Of a stretch of 64,000 nt of DNA, positions 11,084-25,497 are shown in pieces. Below the pieces are notes generated by a model. The model was not told the origin of the DNA and searched no databases. It saw only the letters and a list, made by a program, of their open reading frames with translations. The position numbers and the translations under genes were made by a program. Numbering within the stretch: position 1 is the first letter of the stretch; every line of letters begins with the position of its first letter. Origin of the DNA: Octopus vulgaris (Eukaryota); NCBI GenBank assembly GCA_951406725.2, contig OX597821.1, positions 104,842,001 through 104,906,000 of the forward strand. The letters run 5' to 3'.

Positions 11084-11564
11084 TATATATATTGGGGATG
11101 AAAACGTTAAATTAAGAGAGATTGTTCTTTGAAAACAGACGATGTTTTCCAAAGTGAAATATAAACGTGTAAGATACTTGTTGACTGTACTTTTTCAGTA
11201 GGTGATGAAATAACTTTAGGCGGCAGTAATCAAGTGTTGAATACGAGCACGAATTAGGAATTTTAGATTTTAAAAAAACATACAAAAAACAAAAAGAAGC
11301 AAATGAATTTTATACTTAAAAAAATTAAACATTTAAAATAAATCTCATCAAGTGGTATAGGTTTTTGAAAGAAAAAGCTCGCACGCACTCACACACAAAC
11401 ACACATTCATGCTTGTGCAATAAATCGTAGGCTTTCGGACTAATACACACTACCGTGCATGTCTATAGACACATACTAGACAACAAATATTTACGTGTAT
11501 ACCAAGGATGGTTATGTATTTTTGTATATACATATATCATACATACCCAAACGCATGTACAACA

Positions 11565-11773
<209 letters not shown>

Positions 11774-12331
11774 AGCATACATATGTATGCCCATATATTT
11801 TAATTTTTTGTTTCATATATCCTGTTATATGTATGTGCATTTGTGAGTGTGTGGGCCTGTAGGTATGAATGTATCTGGTGTGGTATATATTGTGTGTGTG
11901 TAAAGCACTAAAATAATTCTCAACATGTCAATACGTTTCGTTCTGTTTTTTTTTTTTTTAAACTCTGCAAATGTAAATGTTCTTTTGCAGTGAAATATTT
12001 TCAATTACTATACTCATCTCATGCTTTTAAAGATATATTTGACATAAAATATTAAACTTACATATAAACAAAATTGATTAATTACTTTTTCTGACATGAT
12101 TTGTGGTTTATGAATATATTTTAATTATGTTATCTGCACGCTTCAGCAAAAATGCGTGCTCTAATTTACAGTGTTCTAAAAATTGCTGCATATTGAGCTT
12201 CTTGCTTACAGATTCACTTGATTTTAATTCTAATATCATAATTGACTATAAGTTAAGAAAAGTGTGTCTATAAACACACGCAGACACACACATACACACA
12301 CAGACACACAGACACACAGACACACACACAT

Positions 12332-12388
<57 letters not shown>

Positions 12389-12959
12389 CTATCGATGAAA
12401 TACATACATAAATGCAGTGACGCATATTATCTATTTTGAAGTTTATTTATATTTTTTCATACAGATAGTCTGCAAATTCTATGATATTTTTAGAGGATTA
12501 GTATTATATGCAGATGAAAGAAAGTTTACAAACATAATGTATAAATTGATACCGAAATAACAAATATCGATAATCGGAACTTTGAATGTATTTTAACTAA
12601 TCGATGAAATAAAATAATGCCACGCAACAAATTGTATCACAGAAAAATATATGCTATTTCAGACCTCGTTCTTTATTGCAGACATTTCATATCAACCAAA
12701 TACATAAAAATATTAGATATTATGAACGACAACTTCATTGCACCATATCTGTCTCTTTCCCTTCCATATAGAATTTAGCAACATAATCTCACTATTACGT
12801 TTTTAAAATTTCACATGTGATTGTTTACTTATGATATTAAGCTAAGATATATTCAAGAAAACATTTATACATTTTGATTTTACTTTATTTTATTGTCTTC
12901 ACAGTGAGACATTCTTAACTATACAAACTGTAATTGCTAATATCTACGAGTAATTACAA

Positions 12960-13145
12960 GACTGGAAAAATGCTTAGCACCATTTCTTTCCACAAACGTC
13001 CTAAGTTCAAATGCCTTCGGCGTTGTCTTTCTTTTTATCCTTTCGGAATCGATAAAACAAGTACCACTTGAATACTGAGGTCAATGTAATCGACGTATCT
13101 GTCACACTAAAGTTGCTGTAGTTGTGCCAAACTTGGAAACCAATA
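12960..13145 (+). mobile_element. SINE family A, highly diverged
   Basis: aaatgcttagc...aagttcaaat...atcctttcggaatcgataaaacaagtacc. Confidence 0.6.
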
Positions 13146-14020
13146 TCTAGCGGAAAATATTTCAATGATTCCTATTCGAGTCTTCCGTCCTATTCTAGTT
13201 CTGACAACTATTAATAATAAGAAGAGTGACTAAAATGACTTCCATAATTAAGGGACACTTTCTGTTATACACAAAAGAATGTGCAAAACGATGAGGTTGT
13301 TTTTTCACTAATATGCCATTTCAACTATGCATTCAAAAACGATACAACGTCGATGCATGCTTGTTACAACGTAAAATTCAATCTTCATGTCATTATTTTT
13401 GTTACCTTATTTTCACCCTTTTGTTAAGAATTCACAATTTTAATATATTTTTATTATTGGAATTAAATATCTCTAGGGAAACAGGTACATAGAAAAGATT
13501 TTGTTTCTTTGTGTAAATTTTTTCCTGATTTTCACAAAGAAAAAGATTTCCAACATTTCTGTAATTTCTTAGTTTTCATTTCCTGTAATATAGTCGCAAG
13601 ATAAAGCCTACAGCAATGATTAAATGATGAAAAAATTTATCAATACTTTCGCGTACATGTATTATTTTGAAAGGCTTTGCTCTTCACATTTCATTCGCAA
13701 AAAATTTGGACTAATCAACCTTAGGCCAATTCGTTTTAAATTTTATTTAAAAGTATACCGGATTCGTTTGCATTGTCCTTAAAAAATAAAAGATAATCAT
13801 TTTACTAAATAAGGGAAATAAAGTATATATCTAGTGCTACAGTATTACATAAAATGAAGAAAATTCTCCTTTTGAATTGGGTTCTTATCTATATTGGAAG
13901 TAGTTTCCAATATGTTTTGACAATCCATCGAAATATTTGCCAGTTGTTAAAATATGTGGTACACAGGGCAAAGTAACTTGAAATAAAAGTAGGGTTAGTC
14001 GCGATGTGGTATCGATTTGA

Positions 14021-15230
14021 CGTAGGTATCAAAACATTCCCGATTAAGTTCTGTAGAGCACCAACAGATTTCAGCGCATGGTTGTCTGCCCAGTAAGAGC
14101 AGTGTGTCGAGCAATATCACTGTGTTTACCCCACAAATTATGAAGCTTGTGTTTTTGTGACTGCGTGTATGCTGGAGTTTGCAATTTTGTCATGGGCATG
14201 AAGTCGGAACATAGAGCCGACATGAATGTTTGAGTTAAACTTGGAAAGACTGCTACAGAGGCATTGACTTTTAAAGCAGAAGAATCTTTCTGGAAGACGA
14301 TGAGCGATCTGGAAGACCTATCACGGGCAGCAACTCCGGAAATGTCGAGAAAATACATCAGCTAGTGCATGAAAATAGACGGAAGACAATGAACGACTTT
14401 GTTGATGTTGGTCTGTTGTCTGAATCCGTGCAGGTAATCATAACGGTTAACTTGAACATGCTATCTCTGCCGAGTTGCCATCCGCCTGCTGATCACTGAG
14501 CAGAAAGAACGCCATGTCGAAGTCGGTCAAGATCTTCGTCAGAGTGCGGTGGATGACGCATCTTTCATGTCGTGGATCATCACCGGTGACAGTGTTCAGC
14601 CTACGGGTACGGCCTTGAGACGAAGCAGCAGTCATTACAATGGAAGATACCTTTATCTTCACGACCTAAGAAGGCATGATATAGCCGCAGGTCAATCAAG
14701 GACGTGTTCAAATTTTTTTCCACATCCGCAGTATTGGTCATCGAGGATTCGAATCCCCAGGGCCAAACCGCCCCACTGAGACTTCTACTGCGATGTTTTT
14801 ACGCGTTTGAGGGGCGGCACTCTGTGAAAGCGAACGGATTTGTGGAACGCGAAGTAGATTCTCCAAAACAACAATGCGGCCACTCCTCGAGTTTTCCTTA
14901 CTCGTGAGTTTCCCGGCAAATTACGAAATGGTATCACTTCCGCACTTGCCCTATTCGCTAGATTTATTATCTGCGAACTTTATCCTTTTCCACCAGGTGA
15001 AAACGCAGCTCAAATGTCGCCATTTTAACACCTTCCTCGAGACCAAGAGCGAATCGCAGAAGACTCGGGTACGGAATACGACTTCCAGGCCGGATTCTCA
15101 AAGTGTCAAGAACGTTCGGACCGTTGTATTGCTACGCAAGGTGAGTATTTCGAGGTTGATGTTAAAACTTCCATAAATAAACTATATTCATTAAATATAG
15201 AAAGTCCGGGACCATTCTGATACCACTTCG
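14021..15230 (+). mobile_element. mariner-family DNA transposon, near full length, with a pseudogenised transposase
   Basis: Frameshifted fragments: KLGKTATEA, IHQLVHENRRKT, FMSWIITGDS (the first catalytic D region, usually ITGDE) and LPHLPYSLDL (YSPDL motif). Degenerate TIRs are cgtaggtatcaaaacattccc and gggaccattctgataccacttcg, the latter followed by TA. Confidence 0.85.
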
Positions 15231-15504
15231 TAAAACATGCACCCGATGTAGGGGAAATCATTTTATAACAAAAACAACATTGCCACTTTAAAATCGCTTA
15301 ACAGCTTTCTTTTGAGACGCAGGATACATTCGTGATGCCCTAATGCGTTTGTTATCACAAAAGCAAGAAACAAAGTTTGCCAAGAGATTTCTCGCTAAAT
15401 GTGAAACGTGCTATTCTGGAATCACACGTTAGTGTTCAAATCTAAAAGCGTACGTTTCTTATAATTTAACTGTAAAAAATAAAAGAAGAAAGGGTCGATA
15501 ATAA

Positions 15505-15712
15505 TCTTTTCTAGTAAAGGCACAACGCCCGAAATTTTTGTGGAGGTGGCCAGTCGATTAGATCGACTCCAGTAGGCAACTGGTATTCAATTTATTGACC
15601 CCGAAAGGAAGAAAGGCATAGTCTACCTCGGTGGAATCTGAACTCAGAACGTAAAGACAAACGAAATACCACTAAGCATTTCGCCCGGTGTACTCACGAT
15701 TCTCCCAGCTCA
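15505..15712 (-). mobile_element. SINE family A
   Basis: gaccccgaaaggaagaaaggc...gaactcagaacg...taagcatttcgcccgg. Confidence 0.8.
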
Positions 15713-17360
15713 TCAACTTGAAACGTAGATAATATTGTGAAGACTAAACAGGACCCGAATCAGCATTAGTGAATGTACTATCTGATAGGTAACTTAATCA
15801 TATTCAATTCAGCACTGGCACTGAAAAAGGGATCATCAACTCTAATTTGCAGGGTAAGTTTTCAACACTTCGATAGGTATATATGTGAAAACATAGGTCA
15901 ATATATTCTAGTGTTGTGGTTGTTGTTGTTGTTGTTGTCGTTGTTGTTGTTGTTCTTCTTCTTCTTCTTCCTCTACTTCCTCTTCTAATTCTTCCTCCGT
16001 CTCCTACCCGTCATCCTCATCTTCAACATCAGTAGCGAATCCAGTACTATTGTCGTCCTTTCCCTCATCAACATTCCTTTTATCACTTTTCTTATAATAA
16101 TCTTGATCGCCAAAGTCCTGTACAGAGGAGATCAATAAATCCCTTCCTTGGAACGTTCGAGTTCAAACGATCTGACCTATATCGACGTTGCCTATTGTTT
16201 TTTGAAAATGGCAGCCTTTACATTTGAATATTCAGACCAATTTATAGAATTAGACGCCATTCCATATTTTCGAATGTTCCAAAATATTTGGCGAATTACT
16301 TTCTATCAGATTAATAATGAAATAACCTGTTAAAAGTTCCAAAATGTGATTATCAGGAGGACATCATGATATTTAACCACTAACATAGTGCTTGAGAAAC
16401 AAATCTTTGCTCGACACGTTGCCGACGAAATATAGAATTATCATTCTCATTATTACCATTTTCGTAATCATTGTATAGCTGTTAATATTTTAATTCCTCA
16501 TATTTTATCAAATTGTTAATCTGACATTTATCTGACACTGCTACTTTAGGTTTTAATACAGCAATTTACTCTAACAATTCACTATCGATCCTGTGCTTAT
16601 TTGAGATTTTCATAATGTTTCACACCAATTAAACAAATAACATAAATTACGCAATAAATTCCCTTTCAGATATATTTAATTTAGTTATATTTCGTTTTAT
16701 TTTATGAAATTGTCATGCCAGAATCGTTTAAATTAATCTTTTTTCTTGGATTCTGTTTCAAAAATTTTATGTTTCACGGAAGTCGTTTGTTTTTTCTGTT
16801 GCAAAATGCGAAAGGGAAAAAATGACAGAAAATATCTTTGACAGCATTAATGAGAAGGAGTTAGTAGCCGTGGAACTGGTAGAAGTGTTTATTATTTGTA
16901 TGCTGCTTTTGCCACTAATGAACCATTCTTTGCAAATAAAATTGATATTCCCGGAGGCAAAAGTAACGTTGTGAAATATAAAGAAATGATTTGTAAAGAA
17001 CAAAAAAACAAAAAAGTAACCGCAAAAATCTACAGGGCACGATATTTACAGTTACCACAGTGGCATGTTATAAATGATTCGAAGAAATAAAATTTAATGC
17101 AGAGAGCGTATGAGGTTATTTTTCCGCATAGAGGCACGGGATCGAAATACTATTGCACAGTTCGCTAATTGTAGATATGTGATACTGTTCTGCGTTCAGA
17201 AAATATTTTCCATACAGTTCATATAATACGACAAGGAGGGGTAACAAGAGATAATCTATCTCCTGTTTTAAAATCAAAGTATTTGAGACAAGTCGTTGTA
17301 ACAGTATTCACTCTGTTGCAGAGTGTCGAGGGGGAAGTGTCTAGCATATGATGGGAATTC

Positions 17361-17503
<143 letters not shown>

Positions 17504-17692
17504 TAGGTTAGCTGCGTTAGAGATTAAAATAACCATCTAAGGGATAAAAGTATCCAACATACTACCGGTATATCACCTATATTTAAACATGGGCAACCAT
17601 GTTATGCTCATAAATTATTGGCAAAGAAAAGGAGAAACAGGGGCTTATCACGAACCAAAGTTTAAAGAAAACAGAAAAGGGATATAATATTA

Positions 17693-17907
17693 TTTTCTAT
17701 CGTAGGCACAAGGCCCGACATTTTGGGGGAGAGGGGGCCGGTCGATTAGATCGCCCCCAGTACGCAACTCGTACTTAGCTTATCGACCTCGAAATGAGGA
17801 AAAGTAATGTTGACCTCCATGGAATTTGAACACAGAACGTAGACACAGACGAAATGCCTCTAAGCATTTTGCCCGGCGTGCTTACATTTCTGCCACCTCG
17901 CCGCCTT
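17693..17907 (-). mobile_element. SINE family A
   Basis: Homologous to the other copies; ends ctgccacctcgccgcctt. Confidence 0.8.
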
Positions 17908-18964
17908 AATGGAGATACTATTGAAGAACAACAACTGATTTGCTTCAGTTATTATGTATTAACTATTCACATATAGACCGCATTCCATCTGCCAGCTGTT
18001 TCTGCTGACAATGTTCTTTTGTATCATTATTATTATGCTAAAAATATATATCAAATTTGGTGATAAAACTGATTTGAATTATGGAGCATCATCATCAGAA
18101 TAAATAAATGAAAAGAAGAGACAAGAAGAAGGAAATGTTGAATATGGTGGTACTCAAGTCATTTTGTGTTATTGTGCGTTGCTGGTATATAAAATATAAT
18201 ACACAAGACATATTTAGATTAGAATACTTAATAACATACAAATATATTTAAAGCCGTTATATTAGTTTATTTTTATAATTTTTATCTTTGTTCTGCTTTT
18301 GGTTTTTTTAATAAATAACACACAACGCTTGTGAACATACGCTTAAATTTAGTCTTATTGGATATGTGAGTTCTAATAAGCAAAAGAAATTACATTGAGG
18401 AGATTCTTGACCAAAAAGCAATGCATTTTCATAATTTTATTAGGGCCAAGTATTTAAATATTTGTACGTGATTTATATTTTATATTTATTACTTACTATA
18501 TTATAAATTATATTATATTATAAGAAGAATATAATATAATATGCTGTTATGCTAATAAATTTTAAAATGTAATTTTCGAATTGTAAATTCTCACATATAT
18601 CTCCATTTTCTATTCGCTTTCCTTATTTAATATATATACCCGTGTAATTTGTATAGTTTAATTCGTCTGCAAAATTGGGTATTTAACAATAGAGACACTG
18701 AAATATTGGATGTTTTTCATCCCTATTTTATGCATATATATGTATGTGTGTGGTATGTGTGGTGTGTGCGTGCGTGTATTTCTTATGGATATAACAAGCT
18801 CTCATTCCTTCATTTATTTAATACTTCTTTATATATTTATATATATATCTTGTATTTGATTACTATTATAGAATCATTAATTCTAGATATTGATTTATTC
18901 ATATAATGCCTATTTAATTATATTTATTTGGATATATTACACGCATATTTATTCGCATAATATA

Positions 18965-19400
18965 TATTTAATTTTATTTATTTGAATTCATTAAAAATGT
19001 ATCTAATCTTCTGAGTACATCAACTTTATGATTATTGATCAATTTGTGCTTGGATGTAATGATCTCGAAAATTTCCTCTATGCACAAGTTGCCCCTTTTG
19101 TTTCCAATGCTATAAGATTTTGCCCAGCTAATTATCTCCCAGTTCAGCCTATAGTCCTTATTTTCGTAATAATTGCGCAAATTAATGTACTTGAACTAGT
19201 GCTAGTACTTTCCACTTATCTCACAAAGTTCTTTCGTCGCTGGCTATTCTTCATTTTATATAACTTTCCGTAGAGCCAATATATTAGTACCCCTGTCCCT
19301 CAGACACTACCTTCCACCAATTTCAATAAAATGTTTCTTGATGGACACCGATGGCACAATCACAGGTTTTATTTTCAGGATCTTTCTTTGTTTCTTTAAT
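18965..19400 (-). mobile_element. Penelope-like element GIY-YIG endonuclease C-terminal remnant
   Basis: YRLNWEIISWAKSYSIGNKRGNLCIEEIFEII...LIN resembles the W.I...A..Y......C.LC..EK..I.....LN C-terminus of PLE endonucleases. Confidence 0.65.
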
Positions 19401-19707
19401 GATACTACTGTGCTTATTGTTTCCTTATTGATGTTACTGTGCTTATTATCAGGGTTGATTTCGTTAGGTCTTTTTCATGTGTTCATGTAACGACTTATCT
19501 CCTTTCCTTTTTGTCACATCATAGCTTACAAATATATTGGTATGCTATTAATCATTCCAATCTAAATATATCTTAGCGTATTAATTTTTATATACTAGGA
19601 ACAAAAATTTCTTAATATTTATATCGTTACTTATCTTATGTTCGTTGTTACTACTATAAGTGTCAGCATAAATATTTAAATCATTTGCATTAAAGTTTTT
19701 ATTATCC

Positions 19708-19819
<112 letters not shown>

Positions 19820-20069
19820 ATATATATATTTTCTCCCTTTTGTAGGCTGCAAGTTTATACTTTTTGATCTCAGTGGAGGTGTCATTAAGGGTTAACTCTC
19901 TTCCTTCGCTTGTAGTGTATTTCATATTACCGTTATGACCCTCGTATGTATATATGCATACATATTACTCATGTGTGATGTGCGCATAATGGAATAGTGA
20001 AATAACGATAGATAAATAAGGATGTATATTGAATAAAATTAAAATAAACGGAAGCAAATTTCTCATGTG

Positions 20070-20440
20070 GGATCTTTTCACTTTGACCGGCAGATTTTTA
20101 AAATAAATTCTTTGTTACTAAACACTTTTACACTTCCTATACTGGTAGTATGTGTTTATAAAACATCTTTTTCTTTTGCCATAAATAACAGTGATAAATT
20201 CATATGACACCGCAAATAATTGTTGTTGACACACTACGGCAGAAATTGAATTAACCTCAATATACGTCATTGATTGGTTGAAATTGCTGAAATGCAAGAA
20301 ATTAAACAACAATTAGCTTACTCACTACAGCCAAGAGAAAAACATATTTCATAAAGACATTCTACCAGTATACGAAGTTTAAAAGTGTTTAGTCACAAAG
20401 AAATTATTTTAAAAACCTGCCGGTCAAAGCGAAAGGGTAC
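20070..20440. mobile_element. MITE with TIRs of about 110 bp and an 8-bp target site duplication (CTCATGTG)
   Basis: The left arm ggatcttttcactttgaccggcag...atactggtag is the inverted match of ctaccagtat...ctgccggtcaaagcgaaagggtac. ctcatgtg occurs at 20062-20069 and 20441-20448. Confidence 0.9.
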
Positions 20441-21127
20441 CTCATGTGCAAATAGGTAGCATATGATCATGAATGAAATATGTTGTTTTAATATGAATTA
20501 GAAATGAAACTTGTCTTGATAACACCTAGATTTGTAATAGCATGTAAAATTATTGTTATCTGAGGTGTAGATATGTATAACAACGGAGTTAGTTAAATTT
20601 AATATAATTAATGTTATCTAATAATCGAGGACAGAGCTGAATAGCTGTTATGTTAGAGGCTTCTAAATATGGCAATGCAGACTTTTATCGGTTCATCTAA
20701 TTGTAAAATTTTATAGAAAGTCAAAAGTCAACGTGAGAATATCAAGTAGCATTCTCTCACACGCACACTCTGCCCTAGTTCCTGCCCCAGTATAATAATG
20801 CACACACTCACAAACAGTCACATACATACTTACGTGTCTGCATACACTCTATTGTTAATTGAAATCCACAGGAATTGAAATCCACGGAATTGCTATAAAG
20901 AAAGAACTGTACTTCCAATGTGAAACTCAGAATTGGATATTTAACAAAGCTATCATTAATTGTTATTAACTGCAACGAAACTGAGACCTCTTGAGTTGTG
21001 TCATTGACAGTATGGGAAATTAATTGTCTACACACGCTCACGTACATAACGAAGCACACACACACACACGCACACTCACAAACACATATATGTGCGTGTG
21101 TGTATATATATATGCATATATGTATAT

Positions 21128-21169
<42 letters not shown>

Positions 21170-21244
21170 CCTTATTATTAAAGCTGAGATTACATCCCAA
21201 AATATCAAGAAATACATATGTAAGTATATATAGAGTCATACATA

Positions 21245-21338
<94 letters not shown>

Positions 21339-21341
<3 letters not shown>

Positions 21342-21638
21342 GGTACAATGCCCCAGTGGTTAGGGAAGCGGACTCGCGGTCGTACGATCGCGGTTTCGAT
21401 TCCCAGACCGGGCGTTGTGAGTGTTTATTGAGCGAAAACACCTAAATCTTCACGAGGCTTCGGCAGGGGTTGGTGGCGTTCCCTGCTGTACTCTTTCGCC
21501 ACAACTTTCTCTCATTCTTTCTTCTTTTGACCTGCTCGATTCGCCAGCGGGGTGGCGTCATTTGAAGGCTAAAACAATGCGAAGCGCATTGTAACCAGCG
21601 ATGTGTAGCAACATCTGAGAGCCTGGTCGGTCACGGGG
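21339..21638 (+). mobile_element. tRNA-derived SINE, family B head and body with an alternative 3' tail
   Basis: CAGTGGTTAGGGAAGCGGACTCGCGGTC...GGTTTCGATTCCCAGACCGGG. Matches the 4038 copy up to ccacaactttctctca, then diverges. Confidence 0.8.
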
Positions 21639-21709
<71 letters not shown>

Positions 21710-21711
21710 AT

Positions 21712-22165
21712 GTCAGGTCACTTTCCAGTGCTACTGGTAACCTGTTGCCCAGTACAACCTGTTGCGTGGTCGGGTTGTCGCTGACTAAACCGGCAACCCT
21801 ACCAAGTGAGGAGGCTGTTTATTGGACACCCTGCGGGATGAAAAACAAAACCCGTCAAAGGGCGGAGGAAGTCTGGAAAGTCAACGGCCATCCAATAAAT
21901 GTCTTAAGGCTGTATCATGCGCGGGGACATAGAAATAATCGGACTGAATACCCGATCGCGCAGTTAAACCATTGAGAGTGAAGGACCCCTAGCCTTTGTT
22001 AGGGCATCCTTCTAGGAGAAGGTAACTCAGGTAACTGGGATAACTCCGACATAAAACCTGCGTCTCAGTGGTTACCGATGATGTTGATTTGTTCTTCTTT
22101 TCGGATTATGGCTGCTGTTGCATAGTGAGTGGGATTCACTCAGTGCACAGCCTTTCCTCACTTTA
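21712..22165 (+). mobile_element. Non-coding element resembling RTE-clade LINE 5' region-derived repeats
   Basis: GC-richer block after a (TA)n tract. The motif gggcatccttctaggagaaggtaactc recalls RTE 5'UTR-like sequence. Family assignment is tentative. Confidence 0.35.
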
Positions 22166-22304
22166 AAAATATAACGATAACAACATTGATTAAGCTTCTC
22201 AGAATGACCATACTCGATAACTAGGGGGCAGCCACCATGTATGTATATATGCATGCGTGTATGTATGTATGTATGTATATATGTGTGTATGTGTGTATGT
22301 ATGT

Positions 22305-22600
22305 ATGATTCTCGTATATTGCATCATATGCAAATTCCGCCTGATCTTTACATTGGAGAAACAAGGCGACGCCTTGGGGAACGCTTTCAGGAACATATCA
22401 GAAGCATAATGCTACGAATACCAGGACAACCCGTCGCCACCCACTTCAATACTATAAATCATTCTATCTCAGATTTATCAGTGTTGAACATAGCTTTGCT
22501 CCCCAGAACCTACTTCTTCAGGAAATTAAAGGAACAACGTCTCATTTTGTACCTTGGCACTATCTCCCCAACAAATATATTTGAATGTTTTTTCTTTTCA
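22305..22600 (+). mobile_element. Penelope-like element GIY-YIG endonuclease fragment
   Basis: LYIGETRRRLGERFQEHIRSI...QPVATHFNTINHSISDLSV...RKLKEQRLILYLGTISP. Confidence 0.85.
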
Positions 22601-22924
22601 ACATTTCACCACTGCTTAATCCCTTTTCACCCTTTTTAATCCACATTCCACCCTCTATGTGCAACATTATCCCACGTGAAGTTTTGATTAATTTGTTCTT
22701 GAACAAACGTCGTCGTGTTGACTTATGTCCACAATATGGCGGCCAACAAGTTCAACACTTTTTGTAACAAGTTTGACTTTGTAACTTTTTAATGAGTAGC
22801 TTTGTCCATAAAATTGCACATTCTTTATAACTATCAACAAATACATTTGAATCAACTTTTAAATTGAACACCCTGTATGTATGTATATATATATATATAT
22901 ATATATATAGATAGATAGATAGAT

Positions 22925-22976
<52 letters not shown>

Positions 22977-23101
22977 CTGCGTCTGTGTCTGTGTGTAGGT
23001 ACACCTAAATTTCTTGGTGGGCTTTGAAATCAATCTGTGCCAACGGGATAATCGAACTTTATACAAAGGCTATAATTTCTCTGATAAGCGCCGTCTTGTC
23101 T

Positions 23102-23544
23102 ATAGGTACAGATGTGGCTGTCTGGTAAAAAGCTTGCCTCCTAGCTGGAAGATTGTATGTTCAATCTCTCTGCGTCCTACAACGGGAAAGTGTCTTCTAA
23201 TACAGCCCAGGGCAGAGTAGATATTTGTGATTGAACTTCTAGACGTATATTGTGAAAGAGCCCTGTCGTATATATATGAATATGCATATATATGTATGTG
23301 TTTATGTGTGTGTGTATGAATGCGTTTGTTTGTATCCGTCCTTGTGTGTGTGTCTCCTTGTGTTTCTGTTTGTCCCCCACCACCGCTTGACAGCCTGTGT
23401 TGGTGCGCTTATCTGTGTTTGGCAAAGGAACCCGTTGGAATAAGTATCAGTCTTTACAAAGGATAATACGTACCGGTTTCAATAAGTTCGATTAAATTTC
23501 CTCAATGTGGTGCTCCTGTATAGCCGTAGTCTAATGTCTGAACC
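23102..23544 (+). mobile_element. tRNA-derived SINE, family C (internal microsatellite, CR1-like 3' tail), diverged
   Basis: Head gtggctgtctggtaaaaagcttgcc...gttcaatc, an internal (TA/TG)n, the body gtttgtcccccaccaccgcttgaca and the tail gtggtgctcctgtatagccgtagtctaatgtctgaaccaagt. Confidence 0.7.
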
Positions 23545-24185
23545 AAGTCAAAGATAAAAGATATTATTTTTTTTTACTCCAGCTGAGAAGAAATACCGAA
23601 ACGCCAAGTATGGACATCTTCATTGAAATACTCTTCTCAAAATATGAAAATATGTTTGCACCGCGCGTTATGTCCATAATTCACAGATGTCACAGACAAA
23701 TTTTTCCTCTCTGCTTGAGGAATATTTAGCATTCTCTCTCCGGACGCTATTAGCTTTTACACTAAATTTCCCGTCCTTAGAGTTAGGCAAGTTCCAAAAT
23801 CAATGAAATGCAATACAAATTTTAAACGTCAGTGTGAAAAATCTTCATGTAATTTAAACTAGATTTATGCAAAAATTGACATTACAAAGTAAGTTCTAAT
23901 CATTTAGATAATCAGGTTTCAATTTTATCTAAACTAGTGGCAAATAACTTTATGCAGTATAAGTTCACTGATTCCCATTACATTTAAGGCTTATGTTCCC
24001 TAAAAAATATATTTCTGGCTAAAACTTCATGAACTTAATTCGCTTCCATCTGCGGAAGTAGATGGACTTTGAGTGAAAATAGCAGTATTCAATGGGATAC
24101 AAAGGGATAAGCACAAACATACACATACAATCACGCTGACACACGCACATATATATGTATATTTATATGCATGTATTTATATACA

Positions 24186-24265
<80 letters not shown>

Positions 24266-24360
24266 TAATCCAAACATGAATGCACACGAAACACAACAAC
24301 GCGAGGACGTGGAACAAATATAGTATTATTGGACGCTCAGGAAAGAAGGAAAGAAGGAGG

Positions 24361-24395
24361 GTTTAACGTTTCGAGCGGAGCTCTTCGTCGGAAAC
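24361..24395 (-). ncRNA. minimal PLE-type hammerhead-like motif (variant core)
   Basis: Minus strand: GUUU-CCGACGA-A-GAGC-UCC-GCUC-GAAA-CG-UU-AAAC. Stems I and II are intact and stem III is palindromic (AACGUU), but the core has CCGA instead of CUGA. Confidence 0.55.
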
Positions 24396-25497
24396 ATAGG
24401 AGAAGGAAAGATCCAGAGAAGGGAAGACGGAGGAAAAAATCGCCAACGGTACACACGTGGTCACATTTTGAATGTATATATATATACACATGTAATCATG
24501 CATATATATTCTTATGTGTGTGTGTGTGTGTGTGTGTATGAAAATAGTTGTATGCAGAGGGACATAAAGGGATGGAGAGAGGTCAAACATCCCAAAGTTA
24601 GTATACAAACAAATATCAGAGACGTACGAGAGACTAACTTTAGCGTTTTGTGAGAAGACCGCGTGCTATTTGCATGAATTTCAGCCAGATATATCTATGA
24701 TTAAAATACAGCAAGGAATTCTAATAAGGTTCATGGAGTTAAGTGCATATCTAATAATGGGAAATGTGAGATAGACAGTGGTACTTGTTCTATATTAGTG
24801 GACGCTTTAATATGAATGCCCATACAATTATTGTTGGTGGCGTTGGTTGTAGTTAGCTTTATGTTGTGTTCTTCAGTTGTTGCTAGTATGGATAATCTGA
24901 TTCTTGTAAATCATGGCCGATGGTAGTTTTTGTGAAATGCTTATGATGATTTCGGAGACAATGGAGGCGATTATGGTTGTGGTGTTTAATATTTTCTTTG
25001 TTTCGTTTGAAGTTTTTCTTCATTCTTTCTCTCAGTGGATGTTTTGAGGATTGCCATTGTAGCGATTGTAATTGAATTTACTGTTGTCAGTCATCTGTGA
25101 ATATATTGATAAATGCATTTGTAACGTTTCAAACAATTTAGCCGTCAAATTGTTTAACTCAAATTTATGTAATGGTTTTGTGACGAACATTTTAGCTTCT
25201 TTAGAATTAGGAAAAATATTAATTTAGTATTAAGAATTGAAGAAGAAATGACAAGTATATAACATACACCATGGTTATTAAAAATATTGTCACCTGTGGC
25301 TGAAACTTTAGGATTGTACATGTGAACTTTACGCGATATGAGTAATTAAATGATGCAAACAATATCATTTAAACTGGAACTTACAAACTACAATAATTAT
25401 TATGTTGGAAACAACCGTGATATTTCCACAGTATTGTTAGCATCAATAATTTACATTTATATCAAAATTCTTCTGTCATCAAGCATTCATGTAAAAC

